From Nitrospira sp. bin75 (GTDB lineage: Bacteria > Nitrospirota > Nitrospiria > Nitrospirales > UBA8639), in the NCBI GenBank assembly GCA_002238765.1, contig MPMZ01000005.1, positions 1-32,000 of the forward strand: DNA of 32,000 bases, in the 5' to 3' direction. Under the pieces are notes generated by a model. The model searched no databases. It saw only the letters and a program-made list of their open reading frames with translations, and had not been told where the DNA came from. Both the position numbers and the translations under genes were made by a program. The first letter of the stretch is position 1. Each line of letters begins with the position of its first letter. This document shows, one piece after another, positions 24,551-32,000 of this stretch.

Positions 24551-25956
24551 TGGACAATGCTCGCTTGCGAGCGGCGGCGATAGCGGACCCGGCACGGTGC
24601 CTTGGGACCCGTCACCCAACTCCCGTAATTCGGGGCGGGAAACGCCGTGTCGAGATGAAAATCGAAGCGATCGAGCAGCACGGTCCAGATCGCTTTCAGT
24701 TGCAGGTAAGCAAAAAGTTTCCCCATACACACGTGTTTGCCGCCGCCGAAACCGATCAGGGCGTACTGATGTTGCTTGTCCTCGCAAGCGGGAGGGTCAA
24801 AACGCTCCGGAGAGAACCGTTCCGGGTCGGCAAACACGTGGGGCAGCCGGTGAGAGACTGCAGGGGACACCATGGCCAGGGTGCCGGCAGGCACGAGATG
24901 GTCTCCGTAACGCACGGGTTTCAGCACCTTGCGGATCAGCATGATCAACGGCGGGTGCATCCGCTCACACTCACGGACGGCGTGTTCCAGCGCCACTTGT
25001 CGTTTGAGACTAGCAAGGGTCATGGCTCCTTCCTCACGGTAAACGTCTTGCATCTCGTCTCTGACCCGCGCCAGGTATGATGGTGCCCTCACGAGTTCCA
25101 GACCGGTCCAGGTTGCGAGCACCGCGCTGGTGTGTTGGCCCGCGAACAAGACCGTCAGCAAGATCCCAGAAATTTCGTCGTCGCTCAAAGCACGGCCATC
25201 CTTGTACCGGGCGTGCATGAGTGCCTGCATGAAATCATCGGGACAGGCCCCGGAAAACCGGCGTTCCGCCATGATCCGGCTAAAGAGTTCGACCACGTTT
25301 CGCCGGGCCCGGTCGCGGCTTCGATGCGCCGCGGTCGGAAGTCTGGGGAGAAAAAATCCCAAGGTGTTGATGCCTTTTTGCAGATCGTGATACGCCTCGG
25401 CAAAACCCGAGTCCACCTGATCCCGGACTTCCTGTCCAATGAGGCAACGACTGGCGATCTTGACGGTGAGTTCGTTCAACGCGACCGGCAGATCGGCTTC
25501 ACCCTCCTCGCCGAGGGCGTCGGCGAACCAGCTCGTCTCCTCGAACATGATGCGCGCAAACCTGCTCATCGCGGCCTCGCGGAGCGCCGGAAACAAGAAT
25601 CCCAGTTGCTCGTCCATGAGTTCGGGGGGGGCATCGTACGCCACGCCGCGTCCGAAGATGGGTACCGTGAATTGATAGACGGCTTTGGCGTTCAGTTGAT
25701 CCTCGGGCGCCCTGAAGTAAACTTCGTGGGCTTCGGGTCCGGTGAAGAGAACAAACTCTCGGGGACCGAGCCGGAACCGGAAGAGATCGCCCTGCTCGCG
25801 CCAGCCGCGGCTCAACATCGAGACCGGATCCTTGAGAAAATCCGGCAGATGACCGATCAACGGCCATCCACCCCCAAGCTCGGGAACGGCTTTTGCGACG
25901 CGCGGCGAGAACTGCGCCGAACGCAGGGTTGCCACACTGTGAGACCGATCTTCCAC
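24547..25956 (-). CDS. cyp51: sterol 14-alpha-demethylase, cytochrome P450 family 51
   Basis: CYP51 signatures: B'-helix YQFTVPIFGRGVAYDAP, I-helix LFAGQHTSAV, and heme loop FGGGKHVCMG. The preferred start is GTG 25954-25956, with GGAGAG 8 nt upstream overlapping the preceding gene's TGA. The alternative ATG at 26022 would overlap the upstream gene by 55 nt. Confidence 0.9.
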   Translation of the reverse strand: MEDRSHSVATLRSAQFSPRVAKAVPELGGGWPLIGHLPDFLKDPVSMLSRGWREQGDLFRFRLGPREFVLFTGPEAHEVYFRAPEDQLNAKAVYQFTVPIFGRGVAYDAPPELMDEQLGFLFPALREAAMSRFARIMFEETSWFADALGEEGEADLPVALNELTVKIASRCLIGQEVRDQVDSGFAEAYHDLQKGINTLGFFLPRLPTAAHRSRDRARRNVVELFSRIMAERRFSGACPDDFMQALMHARYKDGRALSDDEISGILLTVLFAGQHTSAVLATWTGLELVRAPSYLARVRDEMQDVYREEGAMTLASLKRQVALEHAVRECERMHPPLIMLIRKVLKPVRYGDHLVPAGTLAMVSPAVSHRLPHVFADPERFSPERFDPPACEDKQHQYALIGFGGGKHVCMGKLFAYLQLKAIWTVLLDRFDFHLDTAFPAPNYGSWVTGPKAPCRVRYRRRSQASIVQ

Positions 25957-25967
25957 CCCTGCTCTCC

Positions 25968-27062
25968 TCAATAGACAAACGGCAGCATCGAAAAGCGCAC
26001 TCGCTGCGTGTAGCGTTCCCACAATTCGCCATACTTGGCTCGGCAGCGGTGCTCATCACGTCTCGAGCGATGCCACAACAAACCCGCCAGCCACACGGGT
26101 AACAGGTAGGGTACCCAGGATGCGAATCCGGTGGTCAGGGTGAACGCGAGGTAGATGCAGATTTCACCGGTATAGTTGAGATGCCGTCCAATGCCCCAAA
26201 AGCCGGAGACCAGCAGGCGCCCGTCCATGGACCGGGCGGGTTGTCCCCAAATCATGATGTCGGGGTCACGCTTGAAGCGGTGCTTTTGCTGGTTGGCGCC
26301 GCGGAAGACCCAGAAGCCGAACAACAGGACGATCGCAGCCGCGGCAATGGGAGACAGCGGTGCCGATGCGTGGATCAGCCACCAGCCGGGGAGGCAGTAG
26401 AAAAACGGCACCAGCACGTAGTCTCCCCAAATCAACATCCATCCGAAGCGCTCACTGACGATGTCCCAAGTGTGGATCATGCCGTATTCGAACTGGAAGT
26501 AATTGAGCACGTACAGGAAGGTGAAGATCTGATAGAGCGCCATGGCCAAGGTCAGCCCGCCGTAGGTTTCGTACTGCGCGACGGCAAACGAGGCGTTGAG
26601 CAGCGCCAGGCCGATGAGGGAAGGGCGGTAACTGAAAAGCTTCAAATCCACCCCGAACCAGGTGGGATTGAGTTCCACGCCAAAGAAGAAACCTTTCCAC
26701 GGTCCCGGTGGTGCATCCCCCAACTCGGCTCTTCGCCAATACAGCCAGCCGGACAAGGCGAATGCGAATACGTTGGTCACCACGAACAACGCGGCGAAGT
26801 GGGTATGCAGCACGGAAAGAGAAAACCACCCGAAGACCTCGGCGAGACAGGCCACGATCACGGTCATCAGGAACAAGGCAAGGCCGTTGAGCTTGTAGGT
26901 GTGCGTTTTTCCGCCGATCTCCGGCCCCGTCACCCGCCGTCCGGACAGGAACGCCGAACCCAGAAACAACACGCCGACAAACACCGACACCATGACCGTC
27001 GCATCGAGCACCGTGCCGGCCGACAGCGTGGACAACGGGAAGTGCAGCTCAGACGCCGGCAT
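25968..27062 (-). CDS. ERG4/ERG24-family sterol reductase (most likely C-14 reductase; C-24(28) or C-7 reductase not excluded)
   Basis: 364-aa polytopic membrane ORF with family motifs GANQQKHRFK, GFWGIGRHLNYTGE and HRSRRDEHRCRAKYGELWERY. It lies immediately upstream of cyp51. Confidence 0.85.
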   Translation of the reverse strand: MPASELHFPLSTLSAGTVLDATVMVSVFVGVLFLGSAFLSGRRVTGPEIGGKTHTYKLNGLALFLMTVIVACLAEVFGWFSLSVLHTHFAALFVVTNVFAFALSGWLYWRRAELGDAPPGPWKGFFFGVELNPTWFGVDLKLFSYRPSLIGLALLNASFAVAQYETYGGLTLAMALYQIFTFLYVLNYFQFEYGMIHTWDIVSERFGWMLIWGDYVLVPFFYCLPGWWLIHASAPLSPIAAAAIVLLFGFWVFRGANQQKHRFKRDPDIMIWGQPARSMDGRLLVSGFWGIGRHLNYTGEICIYLAFTLTTGFASWVPYLLPVWLAGLLWHRSRRDEHRCRAKYGELWERYTQRVRFSMLPFVY

Positions 27063-28176
27063 CGCCGTTCTCCGTCCCCCGCACCATGTACTCCCGCCAC
27101 TTGCGCACGGTCACGTTTTGAAAAGCCCGCACCGCCGGATTGTACTCGATGGGGGGAGCGTCCCAATGTTGCTCGTAACCCTGCTGCTCCGCTTCGACCG
27201 CAACGCCGTCCTGGGCGAGTAAAGGGCCGATGAGTACACGGTTCGAGATCTTCAACACCGCGGTCATGGCGAAACGGGGAATACGAACAGGCAGCAAGGG
27301 CACCTTCAGCGACTTGAAGTAAAACAGGAAAAACGCCCGGGTAGTACGCTCATCGATCGGCAGGACGAAAAGCCAGTGTTTGATCGCGTCATCGGTGTTC
27401 GACCACTGGTAGGGGTATTGATAGCACAGTTCCATATGAGTGGTATCGAGCCGGTGGTGATCGACAAACAGTCCGGAGATGCGCCCGCGCCCGACCCGCG
27501 TATCGTAGGCCACGTGCACGTCGTCGCCGACGGTCTCGCAACGGGTGAGAGTGGCGTCTTCTTCGAAGGGACGGTATTGACGGTGCAGGTGGGCGTGGGT
27601 GAAGTCGCTCACGTTATCGATCACCATCGAGTGGTGGGCCGACCAGGTGAAAACCAGCGGCTCGCAGGCCCACCGCTCGGGTCCCTCGAGTTCCGGGATG
27701 TCCGGGATCCGGCGCAACTCCGCCCGCTCCGGTTCCCCGGGGAACAACCAGACCAGACCGTATCGGACCTTCACGGGATAGGTTCTGAGCGGGAGCTTCG
27801 GGAGACCCCGTCCGGAGAGGTCGTGGGGGATCGCGACACAGCGTCCGTTTCCATCATACTGCCAGCCATGGTAGGCGCACACGAGCCGGCAGCCTTGCAC
27901 CTCGCCCAGGGAGAGTTTGAGCTGGCGATGCGCACAGCGATTCTCGATAGCGTGAAACGAGCCGTCCTTTCCCCGGAACAGCGCAATGGAACGTTTCCAG
28001 AAAATGACCTCGACCACCGTCCCCGGTTTGACGCGGTGCACTTCCTCAACCGCGTACCAATAATCCGGGTCCATCCCCGCGGCACGGGCTTGCTGGCGCA
28101 AGCTGCCGGCTTCCTCGAAGCCGGGTGGCGCACCCGGCGCCGGAATCACGTTGAGCCTTCTTTTCGCGTTATCCAT
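27049..28176 (-). CDS. sdmA: Rieske [2Fe-2S] non-heme-iron oxygenase, SdmA-like (bacterial sterol C-4 methyl oxidase candidate)
   Basis: Rieske motif CAHRQLKLS..(x)..CAYHGW and a mononuclear-iron region DNVSDFTHAHLH. It is paired with an SDR gene as in the Methylococcus capsulatus sdmAB arrangement. The symbol is assigned by context and family, not by a search. Confidence 0.7.
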   Translation of the reverse strand: MDNAKRRLNVIPAPGAPPGFEEAGSLRQQARAAGMDPDYWYAVEEVHRVKPGTVVEVIFWKRSIALFRGKDGSFHAIENRCAHRQLKLSLGEVQGCRLVCAYHGWQYDGNGRCVAIPHDLSGRGLPKLPLRTYPVKVRYGLVWLFPGEPERAELRRIPDIPELEGPERWACEPLVFTWSAHHSMVIDNVSDFTHAHLHRQYRPFEEDATLTRCETVGDDVHVAYDTRVGRGRISGLFVDHHRLDTTHMELCYQYPYQWSNTDDAIKHWLFVLPIDERTTRAFFLFYFKSLKVPLLPVRIPRFAMTAVLKISNRVLIGPLLAQDGVAVEAEQQGYEQHWDAPPIEYNPAVRAFQNVTVRKWREYMVRGTENGDAGV

Positions 28177-29287
28177 AGGCCTGGCTCGGAGAAAAATTGT
28201 CCACGGGTGCCGCGGCGGTCACGCACGGACGTTTCGCGAGCGGATTCGTGATCGCGTTGCGATGGTAGTGAAAGGCGTAAGCCTCACGAACCGCAGCACG
28301 GATACTGGTTGGCTGATAGCCGAGTTCCCGTTTCGCTTTGCTAGTGTCGGCGTGACGGCGCTTTCGTAACAGGCGGATGGCGCCGGGGGTGAACCGCTGG
28401 GGAAAGCTCGGGTGAAACCGGCTCAGATAAAAGCTCGCCACTTCCGAAAAGCCGAGCATCAGGCGGGTCGGAATCCGCCGGCACGGTCGCGGGAGTCCCG
28501 AGACTTCCTCGAACAGATCCAAGATCTCGGAGATGGTTTTGTACTCGCTGCTGAAGATGTACTTTTCGCCCGATCGTCCTTTGTGCATACACAACAGGTG
28601 TCCTTCGACAATGTCCCTCGCCGCGACAAACTCGAACCCCCCGTCGACGTAGGCGCGGATCTTGCGGTTGGTGTAGTCGCACAAGGTCCGTCCCAATCGC
28701 GAGGGGAAAAAATCACCGCCCCCGATCACCGCACAACACGTGGCGACCACGACGTCCTGTCCCTTCGCCGCGGCCTTCCAGCACTCGTGCTCGACGAGCG
28801 CTTTGCTGCGCTCGTAGGGCATCGTGCGCTCCATGGGATAGAACTGCATCGTCTCGTCGCTGGGAGAGGACGGATTATCCAGATCGTACCCGACCGCACT
28901 GAAAGAGCCCGTCACCACCACCCGGCCGGCCCCCGCCTCCCGCGCAGCCTGCAGCACGTGGCGGGTACCGAGCACGTTGCACTCGAACACTTCCCGCCGA
29001 TGGGCGCGGTTGCCTTCGATGGTCGAGACCTTGGCCGCGACGTGATAGACGCCTTGACAGCCTTCGAGCGCGCGCCTGGTGGCATTCAAGTCTCGAATGT
29101 CACCGAACGAGCGTTCAACATCAAGGCCTTCCAACGCCTCGTTGTTGTCCTCGTGTCTCAGCAACACCCGGACCCGGACGCCATCGTCGAGCAGCCGGCG
29201 CACAAGATTGGCGCCCACGTGCCCGGCCGATCCGGTAACGAAAACAGGCGGCGGAGAACCGGCGAATGCGCCCGATCCTGAGGTCAT
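28169..29287 (-). CDS. sdmB: NAD(P)-dependent SDR (3-beta-HSD / epimerase family), SdmB-like (C-4 decarboxylase/ketoreductase candidate)
   Basis: Rossmann VFVTGSAGHVGANLVRRLL and catalytic YERSK (YxxxK). It overlaps the sdmA-like start by 8 nt and is the first gene of the five-gene unit. RBS GGAAGGA lies before the ATG. Confidence 0.7.
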   Translation of the reverse strand: MTSGSGAFAGSPPPVFVTGSAGHVGANLVRRLLDDGVRVRVLLRHEDNNEALEGLDVERSFGDIRDLNATRRALEGCQGVYHVAAKVSTIEGNRAHRREVFECNVLGTRHVLQAAREAGAGRVVVTGSFSAVGYDLDNPSSPSDETMQFYPMERTMPYERSKALVEHECWKAAAKGQDVVVATCCAVIGGGDFFPSRLGRTLCDYTNRKIRAYVDGGFEFVAARDIVEGHLLCMHKGRSGEKYIFSSEYKTISEILDLFEEVSGLPRPCRRIPTRLMLGFSEVASFYLSRFHPSFPQRFTPGAIRLLRKRRHADTSKAKRELGYQPTSIRAAVREAYAFHYHRNAITNPLAKRPCVTAAAPVDNFSPSQAYG

Positions 29288-29346
29288 CTAGTATCCTTCC
29301 GAAGTCTTGCCGTGGGAGCGCTTGCGCGATGTGAAATTAGTCTCAT
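29284..29346 (-). other. candidate leader uORF, copy 2 (MRLISHRASAPTARLRKDTR*), stop overlapping the sdmB-like ATG
   Basis: The minus strand reads GAGAAGAGAttccATG AGA CTA ATT TCA CAT ... AGA TGA, where the TGA (29284-29286) overlaps the sdmB ATG (29285-29287) as ATGA. The first six codons match copy 1 except for one synonymous CTG/CTA change. Confidence 0.3.
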
Positions 29347-29496
29347 GGAATCTCTTCTCTGTCAACTCGCTCACTAACTGTCTTCCCGGACCGTGTCCCA
29401 AGGGGTGTGGTAGGAGCGTTTTGCTCCACGAGGCTGCCGCCGGGCAAGAGCGGGACGGTGAGGGTGCCCATTCTTTTTAACAGCCTTGATTTACGT

Positions 29497-29525
29497 ATTA
29501 TAGCCCACTGAATGTTTTGAGTCTA
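29497..29525 (-). promoter_or_regulatory. candidate minus-strand promoter inside module copy 2
   Basis: On the minus strand TAGACT (29520-29525), a 17-nt spacer, then TATAAT (29497-29502). Confidence 0.4.
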
Positions 29526-29663
29526 GTATTATTTATTGCACTCTTTTGATACTCAGATCGACCTTCTGCCCGCTGAGGCTCACATCAACGAAGCGGGGCC
29601 GTGCCGCCTCGTCGAGTCGTGAGGCCTGGTAGCGGGCCATGCGGTGAGTGCAATGCATGATAC

Positions 29664-29692
29664 TGGAATCTCTTATTTCATTAAGCTATAAT
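29664..29692 (+). promoter_or_regulatory. candidate plus-strand promoter for the RND transporter
   Basis: TGGAAT (29664-29669), a 17-nt spacer, then TATAAT (29687-29692). It aligns position-for-position with the copy-1 promoter. Confidence 0.4.
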
Positions 29693-29842
29693 GCGCCCTC
29701 AGGCTTCCTGCTGCGGCACCCTGAGTGTCCGCGCCCTCCCCTACGGAAGCCACATGGCGATGATCGAAATGCACCCCCAGCACACAACCGCCAAGGGAAC
29801 CAGCCGGGTCGCCGCGGCTGCACGCCGCCGGACAGCGAAGGC

Positions 29843-32000
29843 ATGAGCTCCGCCACTCTGGACCGCTACACCGCGTTCATGTTGCGCCGCCGATGGCTGG
29901 TCCTCGCGTCGGCCGTGGCAGTCATGCTGGCTCTGACGGCCGGCGTCCAATTCATCAACATCTCCAACGACTGGCGTGACATGTTGGACGAGGACAATCC
30001 TCAACTCGTGGCATTCGACGCCTTGGAGGATACCTACACGGCCACCAATGCGGCGCTGGTCGCGGTCGCGCCCAAGGGCGGGTCGGTCTTCACCCGCGAG
30101 GCGCTCGGCGCCGTCGAGGAGTTGACCGAGGCCGCGTGGCGCGTGCCCTCGTCCACCCGGGTCGACTCCTTGACCAACTATAGCCACACCGAGTCGGTCG
30201 AGGACGATTTGAACGTCGAACGGCTCGTGGACGACGCGGGATCGCTGAGCGATGACGACCTCGCGCGGATCAAGGAAATTGCGTTAAACGAGCCCAGTGT
30301 CGCGGGCCGTCTCGTTTCCCACGACGGGCGCGTTGCCGGACTGGTCATCAGTTTCACCTTGCCCGAGCATTCGGACGCCGCGGAGATCCGGATTCTCAAC
30401 TATGTCCGCGGCCTCCTGGAAGAGGCCAGGGCGGCGCATCCGGACATCGCCTATCACGTCACCGGCAATGTCTTCGTGAACCGAGTCCTGACGAAGGCGG
30501 CCCAGGACGATATGGGAATTCTCGCGCCCGTCGCGTTCCTCGTCATCGTGTCCGTCGCCGCCATTCTGCTGCGCTCCCTGTTCGGCACGCTGTCCCTCGT
30601 CGCGGTGCTCCTTTTCGTCGTCGGCTCGACCATGGGCGTCATCGGCTGGACCGGTTTGGTGCTCAACGCCGCCAACTCCGGCGTTCCCCTCATCATCATG
30701 ACGCTCGCCATCGCGCACTCGGTCCACGTCGTCGAGAAGATCGTGTCCGGCATGAGCCGGGGTCTGGATAGGGACACGGCGGTCGTCGAATCGTTGCGCG
30801 ACAATGCCTGGCCGGTCTTCCTGACGACGGCCACGACGATGATCGGGTTCCTCAGCATGAACGCCTCGGACTCTCCGCCCTTCCGGGTCCTCGGTAATCT
30901 TGTGGCGTTCGGGATGTTCTGCGCCTACGTGTATTCCATGACGCTTCTTCCGGCGCTGCTGTTGGTCCTGCCGTTGCGCGCGAGTCCCGTACGCGCCGGG
31001 CGTTCCAATTTCTTCGATCGCCTCGGCGCCTTCGTCGTCGCGCGCCGCGGGCTCCTGCTCTGGTCCATGGCCGCCGTCGCGATTACCCTGATAGCCGGCG
31101 TGCCCCGCGTCGAGCTGACGGACAACTGGACGACGCATTTGGATGAACGTTACGAGTTTCGGCGCGATACGGACTTCGTCATCGAGAACCTGTCCGGCGT
31201 AGAGACGCTGGAGTACAGCCTGAGAGCCGGACGCGAAGGCGGCATCACCGATCCCGGCTATCTGCGCAAGGCCGACGCTTTGGCCGAATGGTACCGGGCC
31301 CAGCCGGAAGTGGCTCACGTCCGGGCGTTTTCAGACATCATGAAGCGCCTCAACAAGAACATGCACGGCGACGACCAGGCCTTTTACCGGCTGCCCGAAA
31401 ACCCCGAGCTTGCCGCGCAGTACCTGCTGCTCTACGAACTTTCGGTTCCCTTCGGCATGGACCTCAACAACCGAATGGACATCGGCAAAACCTCGACGCG
31501 GATGACCGTCACGCTCCACAGACTGAAGTCCGAGGAGATGCGTGAGCTCGAAGTGCGCGGGCAGGAGTGGCTCCGCGCCAACGCGCCCGACCTCGCGTCC
31601 GAGGCATCGGGGTACAGCCTCATCTTCGCCCATCTGGCCATACGGAACACCATGAGCATGTTGTGGGGCACGATCACGGGTATGGTCCTCATTTCGCTGC
31701 TCCTGATCGCGATTTTCAGAAGCGTACGCCTCGGCCTCATCAGCCTCGTGCCCAACCTCATCCCCTCGTTTATGGCTTTCGGCGTTTGGGGCTATCTGTA
31801 CAGCGAGGTGGGGCCCGCCGGCTCGCTCGTGACCGCGATCGCCTTCGGCACCGTCGTCGATGACACGATTCACCTCATGAGCAAGTATCTGAAGGCGCGT
31901 CGCGAAGGACTTTCCGCGTCCGAGGCGGTATGCTACGCTTTTCGTTCGGTCGGTCAGGCGTTGTTCACCACAACCATGATGCTGGTGCTGGGCTTCCTGG
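29843..32000 (+). CDS. RND-superfamily MMPL/HpnN-type transporter (BstA-like sterol transporter candidate), C-terminus beyond window
   Basis: Own translation from ATG 29843 gives MSSATLDRYTAFMLRRRWLVLASAVAVMLALTAG..., then a periplasmic loop, a TM bundle (..LIIMTLAIAHSVHVV.., ..TTATTMIGFLSMN..), a second loop, and a second bundle with FGTVVDDTIHLMSKY. The frame is open to 32000. It is absent from the ORF track because it is open-ended. Confidence 0.85.
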   Translation, partial: MSSATLDRYTAFMLRRRWLVLASAVAVMLALTAGVQFINISNDWRDMLDEDNPQLVAFDALEDTYTATNAALVAVAPKGGSVFTREALGAVEELTEAAWRVPSSTRVDSLTNYSHTESVEDDLNVERLVDDAGSLSDDDLARIKEIALNEPSVAGRLVSHDGRVAGLVISFTLPEHSDAAEIRILNYVRGLLEEARAAHPDIAYHVTGNVFVNRVLTKAAQDDMGILAPVAFLVIVSVAAILLRSLFGTLSLVAVLLFVVGSTMGVIGWTGLVLNAANSGVPLIIMTLAIAHSVHVVEKIVSGMSRGLDRDTAVVESLRDNAWPVFLTTATTMIGFLSMNASDSPPFRVLGNLVAFGMFCAYVYSMTLLPALLLVLPLRASPVRAGRSNFFDRLGAFVVARRGLLLWSMAAVAITLIAGVPRVELTDNWTTHLDERYEFRRDTDFVIENLSGVETLEYSLRAGREGGITDPGYLRKADALAEWYRAQPEVAHVRAFSDIMKRLNKNMHGDDQAFYRLPENPELAAQYLLLYELSVPFGMDLNNRMDIGKTSTRMTVTLHRLKSEEMRELEVRGQEWLRANAPDLASEASGYSLIFAHLAIRNTMSMLWGTITGMVLISLLLIAIFRSVRLGLISLVPNLIPSFMAFGVWGYLYSEVGPAGSLVTAIAFGTVVDDTIHLMSKYLKARREGLSASEAVCYAFRSVGQALFTTTMMLVLGFL

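Larger units (their letters stand above)
29329..29741. promoter_or_regulatory. bidirectional intergenic regulatory module, copy 2 (between sdmB-led operon and RND transporter)
   Basis: See copy 1. It has the same block order, orientation and length. Confidence 0.8.

Noticed and set aside
24551-24787. 79-residue N-terminal extension of the SQMO-OSC ORF (ORF-track start 24787).
   Set aside because: It lies entirely inside the cyp51 coding region in another frame and is Arg-rich and non-homologous. The FAD-binding fold begins right after the ATG at 24548-24550, which forms an ATGA overlap with the cyp51 stop.
29754-29846. Plus-strand 30-codon uORF (MAMIEMHPQHTTAKGTSRVAAAARRRTAKA*) whose TGA overlaps the RND ATG as ATGA.
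   Set aside because: No counterpart exists upstream of SMT2 in module copy 1, since there is no ATG in 19950-20003. The peptide is Ala/Arg-rich, as expected from random GC-rich sequence. I keep it only as a note.
1-32000. Scan for rRNA, tRNA, CRISPR arrays, transposases, integrases and IS inverted repeats.
   Set aside because: None were recognised by eye. The repeats present are the REP-like hairpins, one long hairpin and the duplicated regulatory module, and none has a regular spacer-repeat organisation or an associated transposase ORF.

Overview
GC-rich bacterial chromosomal window with three parts. (1) 1-4.1 kb holds a partial hypothetical gene, aminopeptidase P, and a visibly AT-rich islet with a NERD-domain protein next to a BrnT/BrnA toxin-antitoxin pair. 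(2) 4.2-14.4 kb, all on the minus strand, is a reductive-TCA block: sucD, sucC, a FrdA/FrdB-like flavoprotein and Fe-S pair, aconitase, and ATP-citrate lyase aclA/aclB. This gene set is typical of ACL-type rTCA autotrophs such as Nitrospirota, Nitrospinota or Chlorobiota; the taxon is inference only. An orphan PilX-like protein follows. (3) 16-32 kb is the main result: a dense sterol biosynthesis and tailoring locus. It contains a squalene monooxygenase and oxidosqualene cyclase encoded as one ORF, CYP51, an ERG4/ERG24-type sterol reductase, and the bacterial C-4 demethylation pair (Rieske SdmA-like plus SDR SdmB-like). It also contains two divergent ERG6-type sterol C-24 methyltransferases, an unusual GOLPH3/GPP34-domain::cytochrome P450 fusion, and a divergently transcribed MMPL/HpnN-type RND transporter that runs off the window. 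Two ~410-bp intergenic regions (19541-19950 and 29329-29741) are copies of one bidirectional regulatory module, and together they front four of the sterol transcription units. Other non-coding structure includes a REP-like GC-rich hairpin family (283-360, 8841-8970) and a ~125-nt multi-tier hairpin (6378-6502). I found no rRNA, tRNA, CRISPR array or transposase. All calls come from reading the ORF translations and the DNA by eye; no searches or computations were run.
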